41,102 bases of DNA from Octopus bimaculoides (lineage: Eukaryota): NCBI RefSeq assembly GCF_001194135.2, contig NC_068982.1, forward strand, positions 78,290,323-78,331,424, read 5' to 3'. Position numbers and translations under genes: made by a program. Within the stretch, counting starts at the first letter, position 1; each line of letters starts with the position of its first letter. Below are positions 1 to 11,710 of this stretch, piece after piece. The notes beneath the pieces are model-generated. The model was not told where the DNA came from. It searched no databases and was given only the letters and a program-made list of their open reading frames with translations.

Positions 1-49
<49 letters not shown>

Positions 50-80
50 ATGTATTTGTATATATATGTATGTATATATG
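1..80. repeat. (TA)n/(TATG)n microsatellite
   Basis: Directly visible. Confidence 0.97.
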
Positions 81-339
81 TATTTACTGCTCACAAAAGT
101 CGGAATGCATGGTGTTCAGTTATTCCATAAATAAAAAAAATGCATTAAATACTACAAAACATACATGTAGGACAGTATGTATATGTATATATACACATAT
201 ATGAATACATATATTCAGGAGAGAATCCCCATTACACAAAGGGATTACAAAGCAAATAAGATTGCTTTAGCTGCAAAGTATAGCTGATAAATTGTTAAGA
301 CGTAGATAGTATTTAGTAATATAAGTGTGTGTGAGTGTA

Positions 340-486
340 TCACTATCATCTATGACATCCGCTTTTCCATGTTGGTATGGGTTAGACAGGATTTGTTGAA
401 GCAGATTTTTTACAGCTGGATGCCCTTCCTGTTCCTGACCCTCACCTGGTACCAAGTGAGGTAACATTTTTCACAGCCAGACATGA
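340..486 (-). mobile_element. SINE/LINE 3' end with RTE-type tail
   Basis: Minus strand reads aggaagggcatccagctgtaaaa...aacccataccaacatggaaaagcggatgtc followed by a (GAT)-like tail. The same motifs occur at 636-780 and 2190-2215. Confidence 0.7.
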
Positions 487-498
487 ATTTCCTTGAAA

Positions 499-843
499 GG
501 TTCCAGGTTCAGTGCCACTGTGTGGCACCTTTGGCCAGTGTCTTTCCTTATAGCCTCAGGCCGACCCAAGCTGCCTAGTGACCTCTCTAGTGCTGGTGTC
601 ATGAAAATAGCAACCAGTACATGTTGTAAAGAAGTTGGCATTAGGAAGATCTTCCATCCATAACAATCATGCCAGAGATGACATCAGAGCTCAACCTATC
701 TTTGCGCATGGTGCCCAATGCAGTATTTGGGGCTATTGAATTCTGTCAAACCATTCAACCGATGCCAACATGGACGCTGAATGGTGGTGGTGGTGGTGGT
801 GGTGGTGGTGGTGGTGATGATGATGATGATAGTGGTGGTGGAG
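499..843 (+). mobile_element. 5'-truncated tRNA-headed SINE with RTE-type 3' end and (GGT)n(GAT)n tail
   Basis: B-box ggttcagt, ggcacctttggccagtgtc (CORE-like), gttggcattaggaag motif, aaccgatgccaacatgg 3' end, then trinucleotide tail 781-843. Confidence 0.7.
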
Positions 844-951
844 GGCTTCGCTCAATGTACAAATGAATATATTATATTGCAGACCTATTCAAGCCATGCA
901 GATATGTAAATTGACAAGGAAATTAGTTATATATACACAAGTGTATGCATA

Positions 952-987
<36 letters not shown>

Positions 988-1001
988 AATATATATATCA
1001 G

Positions 1002-1206
1002 CAATGAAACAGAGTTGAAGAGTGACTTGAATGTTTTGTTGGAACCTCATCCACCAGTCGAGACTGCAGAGCCCACTGATTCTCTCGACCTTACTCTTAA
1101 TTCTGACCAGGAATCTATATCCACTCTTACAAGACAGGACCACTCAACAACCATGAGGGATATAACAAATATACCTGCAGCTCAAAAGGGCAAAGAGAGT
1201 AAATAA
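1002..1206 (+). CDS. Candidate isolated coding exon (acidic, Ser/Thr/Pro-rich peptide), gene unknown
   Basis: Non-repetitive island reading NETELKSDLNVLLEPHPPVETAEPTDSLDLTLNSDQESISTLTRQ...KGKESK*. AG at 1000-1001, possible donor GTAAAT at 1199 or stop at 1204-1206. Acceptor lacks a pyrimidine tract. Confidence 0.3.
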
Positions 1207-1227
1207 TTTTCTTTCCAAATTCCAACT

Positions 1228-1535
1228 GTTAGACCTTTAGCATTTAAATTGGTCATATTTAGCCCAAATAATGTATTTAATAACAATTTGACTTAGCTGC
1301 GCATTACTTAAAGTTTCATGTGTGTTTAGACATTTCTACATAGTGTTTTATGTTCAAACTGGCCAGATCCTACCTCTTTAAATTTCCCTACAATATCATT
1401 TTGAAAATAAACAATCATATTGAAATCTCGATTCTCTGAGATAATGCATGATTATTTCAAAATAATGTGAATAAACCAGGTATATTCAGCCTAAATCTAC
1501 CTGTTTTATATTCAAACTGACCAGATCCTGCCTCT
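1228..1535 (-). mobile_element. Rearranged relic of the TTAA-type MITE seen at 17108-17333
   Basis: cctttagcatttaaattggtcatatttagcccaaata and tgttcaaactggccagatcctacctct are reverse complements of segments of the 17.1-kb element; the latter block is locally duplicated (1350-1380 and 1505-1535). Confidence 0.55.
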
Positions 1536-1555
1536 CTCTGCTTTCTATGGCATAT

Positions 1556-1870
1556 GGAGTCACATTGCTCAGTGGTTAGGGTGTTGGGCTTATGATCCTG
1601 TGATTGTGGTTGGGGTTAGGGTTAGGGTGATGTTGTTGTGTTCTTGAGCAAAAGCTCTTCATTTCGTATTGCTCCATTCCGCTCAACCGCCGAAAATAAG
1701 TTTTGCCCACAACAGACCAGTGTCCTGTCCAGGGAGCAATATATGTGCCTCAGAAACCAGGGAACTGGTCCTATGAGTCTATATGACCCCGGGAAGCATT
1801 TATTGCATGTAAGTAGCCAAGATCACAACATTACTCTTGAACAGGACACCCATCCATCCCAGAGAATGAT
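1556..1870 (+). mobile_element. tRNA-headed SINE with CORE-like central domain
   Basis: A-box-like ttgctcagtggttaggg, degenerate B-box region, gtgttcttgagcaaaagctcttcatt (CORE-like). Confidence 0.55.
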
Positions 1871-2034
1871 TTTTCCCTCCAAATGAAATAATTTTAAACA
1901 AATAAACAGAATAATCTGAAACATTAGCTTTTTAGGATTTCGTGATAATTGAATTTATCGATATTCTTACATGTTGGACCACTGAACTCTACACATTTTT
2001 TTCATTCTCTCTCTGTTTATTTTCTCATATTCCT

Positions 2035-2264
2035 TTGACTGGCCTTGTAGGGTTTTCGAGCGAGATCGTTGCCAGTGCCCCTGGACTAGCTCTTGTGCGG
2101 GTGGCACATAAAAGACACCATTTCGAGCGTGGCCGTTTTCGTGCGGGTGACACGTAAAAGCACCCACTACACTCTCTGAGTGGTTGGCGTTAGGAAGGGC
2201 ATCCAGCTGTAGAAACACTGCCAAATTAGATTGGAGCCTGATGTTGCCATCCGGTTTCACCAGT
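2035..2264 (+). mobile_element. Young SINE body with internal tandem sub-repeat, truncated by assembly gap
   Basis: gtgcgggtggcacataaaag / gtgcgggtgacacgtaaaag internal duplication; gttggcgttaggaagggcatccagctgtagaaac motif; CpGs retained. Confidence 0.7.
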
Positions 2265-2875
2265 NNNNNNNNNNNNNNNNNNNNNNNNNNNNNNNNNNNN
2301 NNNNNNNNNNNNNNNNNNNNNNNNNNNNNNNNNNNNNNNNNNNNNNNNNNNNNNNNNNNNNNNNNNNNNNNNNNNNNNNNNNNNNNNNNNNNNNNNNNNN
2401 NNNNNNNNNNNNNNNNNNNNNNNNNNNNNNNNNNNNNNNNNNNNNNNNNNNNNNNNNNNNNNNNNNNNNNNNNNNNNNNNNNNNNNNNNNNNNNNNNNNN
2501 NNNNNNNNNNNNNNNNNNNNNNNNNNNNNNNNNNNNNNNNNNNNNNNNNNNNNNNNNNNNNNNNNNNNNNNNNNNNNNNNNNNNNNNNNNNNNNNNNNNN
2601 NNNNNNNNNNNNNNNNNNNNNNNNNNNNNNNNNNNNNNNNNNNNNNNNNNNNNNNNNNNNNNNNNNNNNNNNNNNNNNNNNNNNNNNNNNNNNNNNNNNN
2701 NNNNNNNNNNNNNNNNNNNNNNNNNNNNNNNNNNNNNNNNNNNNNNNNNNNNNNNNNNNNNNNNNNNNNNNNNNNNNNNNNNNNNNNNNNNNNNNNNNNN
2801 NNNNNNNNNNNNNNNNNNNNNNNNNNNNNNNNNNNNNNNNNNNNNNNNNNNNNNNNNNNNNNNNNNNNNNNNNNN

Positions 2876-2920
<45 letters not shown>

Positions 2921-3209
2921 GTGTGCGTGTGTGTGCGTGTGACTTTCTAAAAGTTGATTTGACGTAAAATATGTGATAGTCAATAACAACCACTATAACA
3001 TCATTATTACTGTTACTGCTAGCGCCACTATTAACACCAACATAACCATCATCACCACCACCACCACCACCACCACAGCTGCTGCCACCACTACACCGCC
3101 ATCATCTCTATCACTACTACCTCATCACCACCACCCCAACACCCATACCTCAAGCTCAACGTTCCCAGTTAAGTTTGTTGTTTACCTGAAGCAAATATGT
3201 GGGTGAAGG

Positions 3210-3249
<40 letters not shown>

Positions 3250-3405
3250 CTAGATATATCATCATCATCATTGTCATTGTCATCATCGCCATCATTTAAT
3301 ATGTTTTCCATACTGGTATTGGTTTGATGGTTTGACAAGATCAACAGGGCCACATCTCTCTCTCTCTCTCTCGTTCTCTCGCTCTCCCTCTCTCTGTGTG
3401 CGCAC

Positions 3406-3469
<64 letters not shown>

Positions 3470-3470
3470 G
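2876..3470. repeat. Cluster of (TG)n, (ACC)n, (CA)n, (CAT)n, (TC)n and (TA)n microsatellites
   Basis: Directly visible. Confidence 0.9.
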
Positions 3471-3769
3471 CGAGTAAAAATAAATACAAAAAAGGTGGGG
3501 TTTTTTTGTATGATTGTGTATAGAGGAATATATTATTTTGCTTAAAAGAGTTCCAACACTGTCTGTTTTTTATGTTTTATTTATATTCCTGCAGAACNNN
3601 NNNNNNNNNNNNNNNNNNNNNNNNNNNNNNNNNNNNNNNNNNNNNNNNNNNNNNNNNNNNNNNNNNNNNNNNNNNNNNNNNNNNNNNNNNNNNNNNNNNN
3701 NNNNNNNNNNNNNNNNNNNNNNNNNNNNNNNNNNNNNNNNNNNNNNNNNNNNNNNNNNNNNNNNNNNNN

Positions 3770-4140
3770 ATATGTGTATATATATATATGTGTATATATA
3801 TATATGTGTATATATATATGTATATATATATATGTATATATATATATGTATATATATGTGTATATATATGTATATATATATATATGTGTATATATATATA
3901 TACATATATATATATATGTATATATGTATATATATATATGTATATATATGTATATATATGTATGTATATATATGTATATGTATATATGTATATATATATA
4001 TATATACATATACATACACACGCACGTACACATACATATATATACATTCCTGCATACACATACACACATATATAGGTATATAGATATATATGTGTATGCA
4101 TTTACATATATGTATTTACATATCCGACTGTATATGTATG
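3770..4140. repeat. Interrupted (TA)n/(TG)/(CA) array
   Basis: Directly visible; adjoins gap. Confidence 0.95.
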
Positions 4141-4684
4141 TATTATATTGTTTGTAACTGAAAAAGTAACAGTGTGTTATGTAAGAGAATGTTATATTAA
4201 TTCGTATTTATTGCAAAGACACTTTTGGAAAGAATTTAGTTCTGTTACTAACCGAAATCTATATTGTCAGTAGCCAAGAGGCCTGCTGCATTCTCTGTTA
4301 TTGGTCTTCTGTAGCTTTATTAAACTTGTGTGTTCTACAGATTTAAGTGTAAATAAGTGCCAAATGTCTGTTATAGAAGTAGCAATTTTTGGCTACAAAA
4401 CATCATATGTAGTCATGAGTGAGACTGCATTCTATAGAAACATTACACATGTTGACTAGCATTGTGAAGCTTGCAGGAGTACTCAGAGCAAAAAGATTTA
4501 TGTCTTAGTATTCTATATGGTATAATACTCATAAGATTTGCCCCAACAAGAAATGCAAACGCTAACTCTCAGATATTCAAGAATTATTGTCTTACTTTGC
4601 TTCTTGCCAAAATATTTTATGATGCTAAAAGTACAACTGCAATATTACTCTACCATTCTTGTATTTCATAGGTGCAAATATGGT

Positions 4685-4800
4685 TGTATGGTTGTGTGGT
4701 TAAGAAGTTTGCTTCTCAGCCACATGACTTCAGGTTCAATCCTACAGTGGGTAAATGCCTCCTTGGGCAAATGCCTGCTACAATAGATTTGGGCTGAGCA
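4685..4800 (+). mobile_element. SINE family A (tRNA head + CORE-like), partial
   Basis: Aligns by eye to 12908-13070 and 18292-18420. Confidence 0.65.
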
Positions 4801-5260
4801 ATATCTGCCCATGTATATATAGATATATATCTATATATATATCAAAAATGTAACTACATGTGGACTGTTGGCGATTTTTTCCCCCTCCTTCTTCCATTTC
4901 TTCCATTGGACTTCCCCATGTTTCCAGTTTCCAAAGAAGAGCTATGCTTGAAACATAAAACAACCACACTTTTCTTTCTCTGAGCATCTTATTAATACTT
5001 CACATGTGCTACAACCTCATGTTGCTGTTTCCTCATGTTGTCATTTTCTCCATTTTTTAAAATTAACTATATNNNNNNNNNNNNNNNNNNNNNNNNNNNN
5101 NNNNNNNNNNNNNNNNNNNNNNNNNNNNNNNNNNNNNNNNNNNNNNNNNNNNNNNNNNNNNNNNNNNNNNNNNNNNNNNNNNNNNNNNNNNNNNNNNNNN
5201 NNNNNNNNNNNNNNNNNNNNNNNNNNNNNNNNNNNNNNNNNNNNNNNNNNNNNNNNNNNN

Positions 5261-5291
<31 letters not shown>

Positions 5292-5744
5292 GAATAGAAA
5301 TGGTTTTTTTGATAAATTTTCCCCCTTTAATAATTAGATGTTCGAAACACTTAATAACTTATGAACATCTAATTTTTAAAGTGGAAAAATTATCAGAAAA
5401 GCCATTTCTATTCATTTTTTACAAACATATAATAATACTGTACCAAGGACTTTCTATTTTTTATTCTACTATGTATATATATATACCTGTGTGCTTGTAT
5501 GTACGAGTGCGTGCTTGTCACTTTAATAATGATGATGATGATGATGCTGACCCCAATGTCTTTTACTTGCCACATGAGGAGAACATTACAAAGGCAGTCT
5601 TCTAGATAAAGAAGAGTCTTTGACTAGAGCCAATTTAGGAATTCCACAGAATCGGGATTATGCCAACCACCAATAGCATACTAATTAAATCTTATAATGG
5701 TTTCTGATTTAGGCAGAAGAGAGGGGCAGGGTTTAATGAATACC

Positions 5745-5915
5745 ATTAACCCTGGTACTTGATGAGTGCTTTATTTTATGGACACCAGAAGGATGAAAGG
5801 CGAAGTTGACCTTAGCAGGATTTGAACTCAAAATGTTTACATTCAGATTATTTGGAGTCTGAACCAACGCTGTAAGGCATTTTTCCTGATGATGTAACAA
5901 TTCTGCCACTCCCCT
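5745..5915 (-). mobile_element. SINE family B (Meta-like central domain)
   Basis: Reverse complement contains gagttcaaatcc B box and gcctttcatccttctgg...ataaaataaagcac. Confidence 0.7.
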
Positions 5916-6229
5916 CATCCTAATCATGATATTAAAAATGCTGATATAATCATATAATACTAATTAACCTAAAAAAATATTTTTAATGTGTGTCTGATTT
6001 AATAATAGTTGAACTGAGGGTGTGGATGAGGACCTACTACTAATGATAATTAATATTAACTAAGGTTGGGTAATTACCAGACATTAGTTGTGCCTTTTTA
6101 TTAACACATGGGTTTGGTCAGTTTTGAATGTTTAAGGTTTAAAGTATAAGTTTTAATGTGAAAGAATAAGATACTTCAGTTTTTAATTTTAGTCATAAAT
6201 TAACAACTGATGAACAATGTGGAGGAAGT

Positions 6230-6283
6230 AGGGTGTGGGTGTGGGGGAGAGTAGGGATGTGTGTTTGTGTATGTTTGTGTTTG

Positions 6284-6318
<35 letters not shown>

Positions 6319-6450
6319 GTGCACATATGGGGTAGTGTGGGTGTGTATGGATGTGGGTGCACATGTGTGGATCTGGGTATGTGTGGATCTGGGTATGTGT
6401 GGAGGTGGGTGTGTATGGATGTAGGTGTGTATAGATGGGTGTGTATGTGT
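6230..6450 (+). repeat. TG-rich array with nascent 16-bp unit atgtgtggatctgggt
   Basis: Two exact tandem copies near 6363-6398, then degenerate copies. Confidence 0.8.
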
Positions 6451-7388
6451 TAATAGCTGGTTGAGCTTTGTACTGTCTCTTGTTCAAGCAGTTATGGGCA
6501 ATTACATGGAAAAGTACATGACATTTGAGGAGCAACAGAATGAAGCATCAACTAATTCATAATTCATATATATATATATATACTCTACACTATGTATTGA
6601 GTATTTTTTACTTTATTTGCTAAAATATATGTGTAATGTGTGTGTGTGAATGTATGTGCAAATGTATATGTTTGTGTGTGTGTATACATACATCAGTGCA
6701 CATATATACATACATATACAAACATATGCATATTTATACACACACACACACACATATATATGCATACATGCATGTATGTTAAAACATTTAATAAAACATG
6801 TGTAGAAAAATTTTAATAAGACATGTGTAGAATAATATATAGAATTGTTATAATAAACACATTTTAATATGTATGCAAACACAAGTGCACAGCTGCATGC
6901 ATACTCGTGAGCATATGTGTGTATGCCTGTATGTATATGTATAGCTAAGTAGAGAGGTTGCAAAATAGAAATCACAGTGTCCTTGACTCATTTACCACTA
7001 AAATATCTTGTAAACAACTTGTATGTATAAGTTGTTGAGTTACCTGAAAGTAAAATAAACAACTACATATACAAGCGTATAAATATAAATATAAATTTTT
7101 ATTTCTGTTTCTGTTGCACCATGTTTCTTGTAATATTTTAGATGAATGTGATCCTACAAATATTTTGTTGGGTGTAGTAACTTGATCTCCTGTGGTAAAA
7201 GTTTAACCAATCTATTTTCTATAGAATGCTTTAGAACTATAAACTTTTAATCTTAGTTTTTCTACTTGTGTATGTGTGTGTTTGTTTGTGTGGTTTTAAT
7301 TGCACTATAATAGTGTGCAGTAGTGTTGTTGCGTGTCTGTGATGTAAACTCTTCATGTTTCTCATAAACAAAATATTCATTAATTTGC

Positions 7389-7397
7389 CAGGTAAGC
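7389..7397 (+). promoter_or_regulatory. Candidate 5' splice donor of an upstream non-coding GPCR exon
   Basis: CAG|GTAAGC consensus donor in non-repetitive sequence. Would give a 1943-nt 5'UTR intron (7392-9334). Pairing with the acceptor is inference only. Confidence 0.35.
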
Positions 7398-7495
7398 ATT
7401 ACCGCATCTCTGGTTTCTCTGCTTATGTAATAATCATCAAGATTTTTCTAGGAACAAAATTAAAAGATAAAAGTGTATAACTATCTCCAAACACA

Positions 7496-7662
7496 GGTGG
7501 CAAATTTGCACAATGGTTAGCATGGGATAAAAACAGTGATGTTCATTTAATATTTCTTCTAATTCTCTGCACTTGAGTTCAAATCCTGCCATGGTCAGCT
7601 TTGCTTTTTATCCTTTTGGATTTAATAAAAACACATAACATGCTGGAGCAGTTGATTGCACC
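7496..7662 (+). mobile_element. SINE family B, degenerate
   Basis: gagttcaaatcctgccatggtcagctttgctttttatccttttggatttaataaaa matches 26694-26906. Confidence 0.6.
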
Positions 7663-8336
7663 ATCTGAACCAGCTCTGCGTATTTTAGGATGCCTTGCAC
7701 AAACTCTGTGAACCTTGGGTTCAAATCTCAACCTTTCACTGCAAAACTGTAACACTTCTTGCTGGAATAAAAGCTGCAAAGCTCATTTTTCCATACCCTA
7801 ATGATTCTGTCAGCTTATTATAACCAAATAACAATTTTCATTTAGATTTGGTGGGGATATATATTGTAGAGTCTGTATGTCCCTTGAATAAAAGAATCTT
7901 CAGTCGGGGAGTAAGAAGGTCATTGTGTGAAGATTCCAGAAAGTTCCAGCATTGACAGAGGTTTGCTGCTACATTAAGCATTTAGAGCAATTGTATATGA
8001 ACTTCTTCTTTGGATCAAATCTCACACCTTTACAACATTGGTTCTGAAATCAGGCTTTATTACTGCCCCACAAATATACACATACACAAGCTGCCTTACT
8101 TTGAAAATTAGAGTCATATAATTTGTTATGAATGAAATCTTTTAGTGGCCACAAGGTTTGCTGTTGTTCTTTGCATTTTTGTTATTGCTGTGAGTTGGCA
8201 ATCCGACAATCATGATGGTTTGTGCTACTCTCTGAAAACCATGCCCCTCTCCATTCCACTGAAATGCATAAATATAATAAACAAAACTTAACTTAAATGA
8301 CGTTTCTAGGTCACTAAGTTTGAAAATAATATAATA

Positions 8337-8560
8337 TTAAACAGATTTTGGTACCAACCTGCCTGAGACTACCTCTGGTTTATGATATAAACTTATTTTA
8401 AGGTGATTTAAATTAAAACCTTTCATAAAAATTTCATGTTAATTTATATTCTAAACACCAGCTTAATTATGACATAAGTTATTTTACTAAATAATTCATT
8501 ATTTTCAAAATTAATTGAAATAAAGATAGTGTCTCAACAGAAATATGATAAAAACGGTTG
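8337..8560. mobile_element. Probable AT-rich MITE relic
   Basis: Resembles a short TTAA-flanked octopus repeat (ggtaccaacctgcctgagac...agttattttactaaa...); termini decayed. Recognition only. Confidence 0.35.
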
Positions 8561-9019
8561 GGAAGATTAAGATAAGGCATGAACTATACTGGTAAAGTTA
8601 AAAAGAAGAACAAACTGAGCTTCCTTTATCTACCAAGTTGGGCATTTTCTGTAACATTTAAAATGTTTTTCACCAAAGAAGTTCATTCTAACTGAGAAAA
8701 ACTTTGCTCAAAAAATTTATTTTCATGATTAGAGTACAGAATACTAAATTGTAACTGAATTTCACTCTGTACTTTGTAGTGTGTTGAACCTGAAGCAATT
8801 AGTGTGTGTGTGTGTCTGTTTATGGAAACAAATTTTCTGCAGTTGGATATCCTTTCTGTTTCCAACTTTCATGTATTTCCAAGCAAGGCAATACTTCCAT
8901 ATGGCCAGTTGTGCTTTCACAGAATATTGAAAATGAATGACACTGCTTGTATGACAGTGATATTAATTTCAACTATCATCCAATGTCAAGGCAAAGAGCA
9001 CATACACACTCACACATGT

Positions 9020-9170
9020 ATACGACAGATTTCATCCTTCTACCAAATTCAGTCACAAGATATTAGACCTGGGGTTATAATAGAAGATGTTTGCCCAAGG
9101 TACCACATAATAAAACTGAACCTGAACTACTTGGTTGCAAATCAAACTTCTTAAACGCATAGCCATGCAT
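9020..9170 (-). mobile_element. SINE family A in the inferred GPCR intron
   Basis: Reverse complement reads catggctatgcgtttaagaagtttg...ggttcagt...ggtaccttgggcaaacatcttctattataacc...gaatttggtagaagg. Confidence 0.65.
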
Positions 9171-9304
9171 GTTGTTTGTTTTGTTGTTGTTGTTGCTTCT
9201 GTAGAAATTATTGATTTTAATGTTGTTGCTGGCCTTGATCCAAATATTGTTACTGCTGTTGTTGCTGTTATTGTTATTTACCCAGAATTACATTATCATT
9301 TCAA

Positions 9305-9334
9305 CTGACATTCTCTCTTTCTTCTTTATTCCAG
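9305..9334 (+). promoter_or_regulatory. 3' splice acceptor (branch point + polypyrimidine tract + CAG) opening the GPCR exon
   Basis: CTGAC at 9305-9309, then ttctctctttcttctttattc and CAG ending at 9334, 78 nt upstream of the GPCR ATG. Confidence 0.7.
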
Positions 9335-9335
9335 A

Positions 9336-9362
9336 ATGCTGCACGTTTTGTCTCTCTGCTGA
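9336..9362 (+). other. Short upstream ORF (MLHVLSLC*) in the GPCR 5'UTR
   Basis: ATG at 9336, directly after the acceptor; TGA at 9360-9362. Confidence 0.5.
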
Positions 9363-9412
9363 CATTCCATTCTTGAAGTAAAACTTGATTTAACCTGCAG
9401 ACATCTGTAAAC

Positions 9413-10372
9413 ATGCTTGACCCTCGTGACAAGTTAATCCTCAACAGTCTGATCTCTTTGATCGGACTGGTGGGATTTATTGGCAACTTTCTCATCTTAC
9501 GGAGTCTCATAGTCTACAAAAACATGAGGATTGCACATCATGTTGTGATCGGAGGTTTAGCTCTTGCCAGCATCCTTTACATCCTCTTTGAGATTCCTCA
9601 GACAATTGTGAACTTCACAAGCACTCGTTGGAACATCACAGATATTTGGTGCAACATAACTAACTACATGGCACACTGCAGCCTCATTGTGGTTGCGTTT
9701 CATCTTGTTGTACTGTCTATTTTAAATGCCCTCATCCTCACTAACCGTCCTAATATGATTATTTCAGGCAAACATGCCTTGATAATTGTCGTCATTTTGT
9801 TTGTGGTCATTTTTACTGCTGGAGTACCGTTTGCATTTGCCTACCATGTGAATAAAGATTTGGAGCGATGTACTTTTAAACCAGACTTAAATGATGAATT
9901 CCTGCTACTCATCATCATAACTGTTTGTTATTTCTTACCCTTTGGTCTAGTTCTTATCACCCATATCATCCTCCATTACATAACACAGCGTTTCTTTGTC
10001 GATAGTATACCCGAAGACAAGCGCAAACTCTCCCAGTTAGTTTTAGGTCTTGTCATTGCTTATTTTTTCTGTCAGTTACCCTACCATGTTGTAAATATTC
10101 ACTTGCTTTATATGTTAAAAGATCCAAACATCCAGGCTGAGCAATTTATAATGTGGAATCGAATTTCTTCCTACTTGTTGTGTCTTGCTCAACTTAGTTT
10201 TTCCATTAGTCCCATCGTCTGTGCAAAACTTTCCAAAGATTTTGGCGATAGCTTCGACGAGATCATCAACTGCACAGCATGTGTCTCATCAGGGAACCAA
10301 AGACAAGGAACTCTCAATGCGTCCACTCCATTAACCTGCTCAACTTTAATTGGTTCTGAGAATAATGTATGA
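9413..10372 (+). CDS. Single-coding-exon class A (rhodopsin-like) 7TM GPCR, peptide-receptor-like (galanin/allatostatin-type scaffold), atypical motifs
   Basis: Intact 319-aa ORF in otherwise non-coding DNA. Seven hydrophobic segments; GN in TM1, P in TM2, WxxxxxWC ECL1/TM3 Cys, ECL2 Cys, YFLP in TM5, CxLP in TM6, P in TM7, helix-8-like SKDFGDSF, C-terminal Cys pair. In-frame TGA 27 nt upstream of the ATG. Confidence 0.93.
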   Translation: MLDPRDKLILNSLISLIGLVGFIGNFLILRSLIVYKNMRIAHHVVIGGLALASILYILFEIPQTIVNFTSTRWNITDIWCNITNYMAHCSLIVVAFHLVVLSILNALILTNRPNMIISGKHALIIVVILFVVIFTAGVPFAFAYHVNKDLERCTFKPDLNDEFLLLIIITVCYFLPFGLVLITHIILHYITQRFFVDSIPEDKRKLSQLVLGLVIAYFFCQLPYHVVNIHLLYMLKDPNIQAEQFIMWNRISSYLLCLAQLSFSISPIVCAKLSKDFGDSFDEIINCTACVSSGNQRQGTLNASTPLTCSTLIGSENNV

Positions 10373-10720
10373 GATGAGAAGAGCTCAATGTAAATAATTA
10401 ATATGAACTGTGTTGTGTATTTTGCTCAGAGAGCGAGAGAGAGACTGAGACTTATGGAATGGCACAAATGGCTTGGAACAGTGGAAGCTATTCAGAAAAA
10501 AAAAACAGTTTCTTCTTACTTAATGTTAGGAATGGAAAACAAAGGAGAAATATATTTTGATTTGGAAGAATTTATGATGAAGTTCCTGACAAAAATAGTC
10601 AAGATTTTTTTTTTACTTTTTATAAGAAAACAAAACTATCAGGGAGGGCAGGATACAATTTGAAAAAAATTGTATTTTAATAATCCATACAAAGTATACA
10701 CACACACATGCTTGCACATA

Positions 10721-10913
10721 TACAAGGTGTGGCTAAAAAAATTCCCAATTTCACCATTCTTCATAAAAGTTTCAACAGCAAACACAAAGTGTGCACCGGT
10801 CCAAATGATGAATGGTGACTAACAAATAAATGGTAAACCATTAGGTACATGAAGAAACCATTATCATCTACCTAACTTTAATAGTACCACAACAATAGTC
10901 GCCACACCCTGTA
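10721..10913. mobile_element. Tc1/mariner-type MITE, ~190 bp
   Basis: TA-caaggtgtggc at the left, gccacaccctg-TA at the right (TIR 10/11 match) with TA flanks. Confidence 0.6.
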
Positions 10914-11439
10914 CAATGTCAATTGAATTTTGAGTTTCAATATGTGTGAATACATGAATGTCAAGATGTGAATAATGTGTAAATATGTTGGAATATGTAC
11001 GTATGTATTTATGAAAAATGTATGTGTGAACTATATTATTGATACCTGTGAATGTATAAAAAAAAATAAAACATATATTTTTTTGAAGATGCCTGCTAAA
11101 ATGTGACTCTGTGTGTGTGTGTATGTGTGTGTGTGTGTGTGTGTGTGTAATAAAAGTTGTTGTCTTGGTTTTAATATTTATGACAGCCGCAGATTACATA
11201 AACATCCATGTACAACAAAGAGGAAGTTCAATGTTCCATTAGCGCCAAACATAATCCTAAAGTCCACATTATTTGGAATTGGACCTGAATTCTGTGTCAC
11301 TCAATACGGTAACAACAACAATAACAACAACAGAAATTACATGAGCTTAACCTTAAATTTGTTTCTGTAAAACAAACAAATATAGTTAAATATTTTTTTT
11401 TTTCAATTGAGTAATTGCAATCTTTGTGTGTCTTTGCAA

Positions 11440-11490
11440 ACATATATATGTATACATGTGAAAATATATACATGGACACATGTGTATATG

Positions 11491-11552
<62 letters not shown>

Positions 11553-11558
11553 GACATA

Positions 11559-11599
<41 letters not shown>

Positions 11600-11710
11600 C
11601 ATATATATATAAATACACACACACATTTCTGAATGTGTGTGTGTACACACATACATATATATACATTCACACACACACACACAAACATATATGTATATAT
11701 CATCATCATC
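11440..11710. repeat. (TA)n/(CA)n compound array
   Basis: Directly visible. Confidence 0.95.

Noticed and set aside
1616-1627. (TTAGGG)2 telomere-like motif
   Set aside because: Only two units, inside a SINE head that already contains gttaggg; not an interstitial telomere.
1967-4157. Long ORFs of IY/CV/TH repeats and poly-X
   Set aside because: Translations of dinucleotide microsatellites and N gaps. The same applies to similar ORFs near 11-14 kb, 20 kb, 22.5 kb, 28.3 kb and 30 kb.
10403-10663. 86-aa ORF directly after the GPCR
   Set aside because: AT-rich, low-complexity 3'UTR-like sequence with no recognisable domain.
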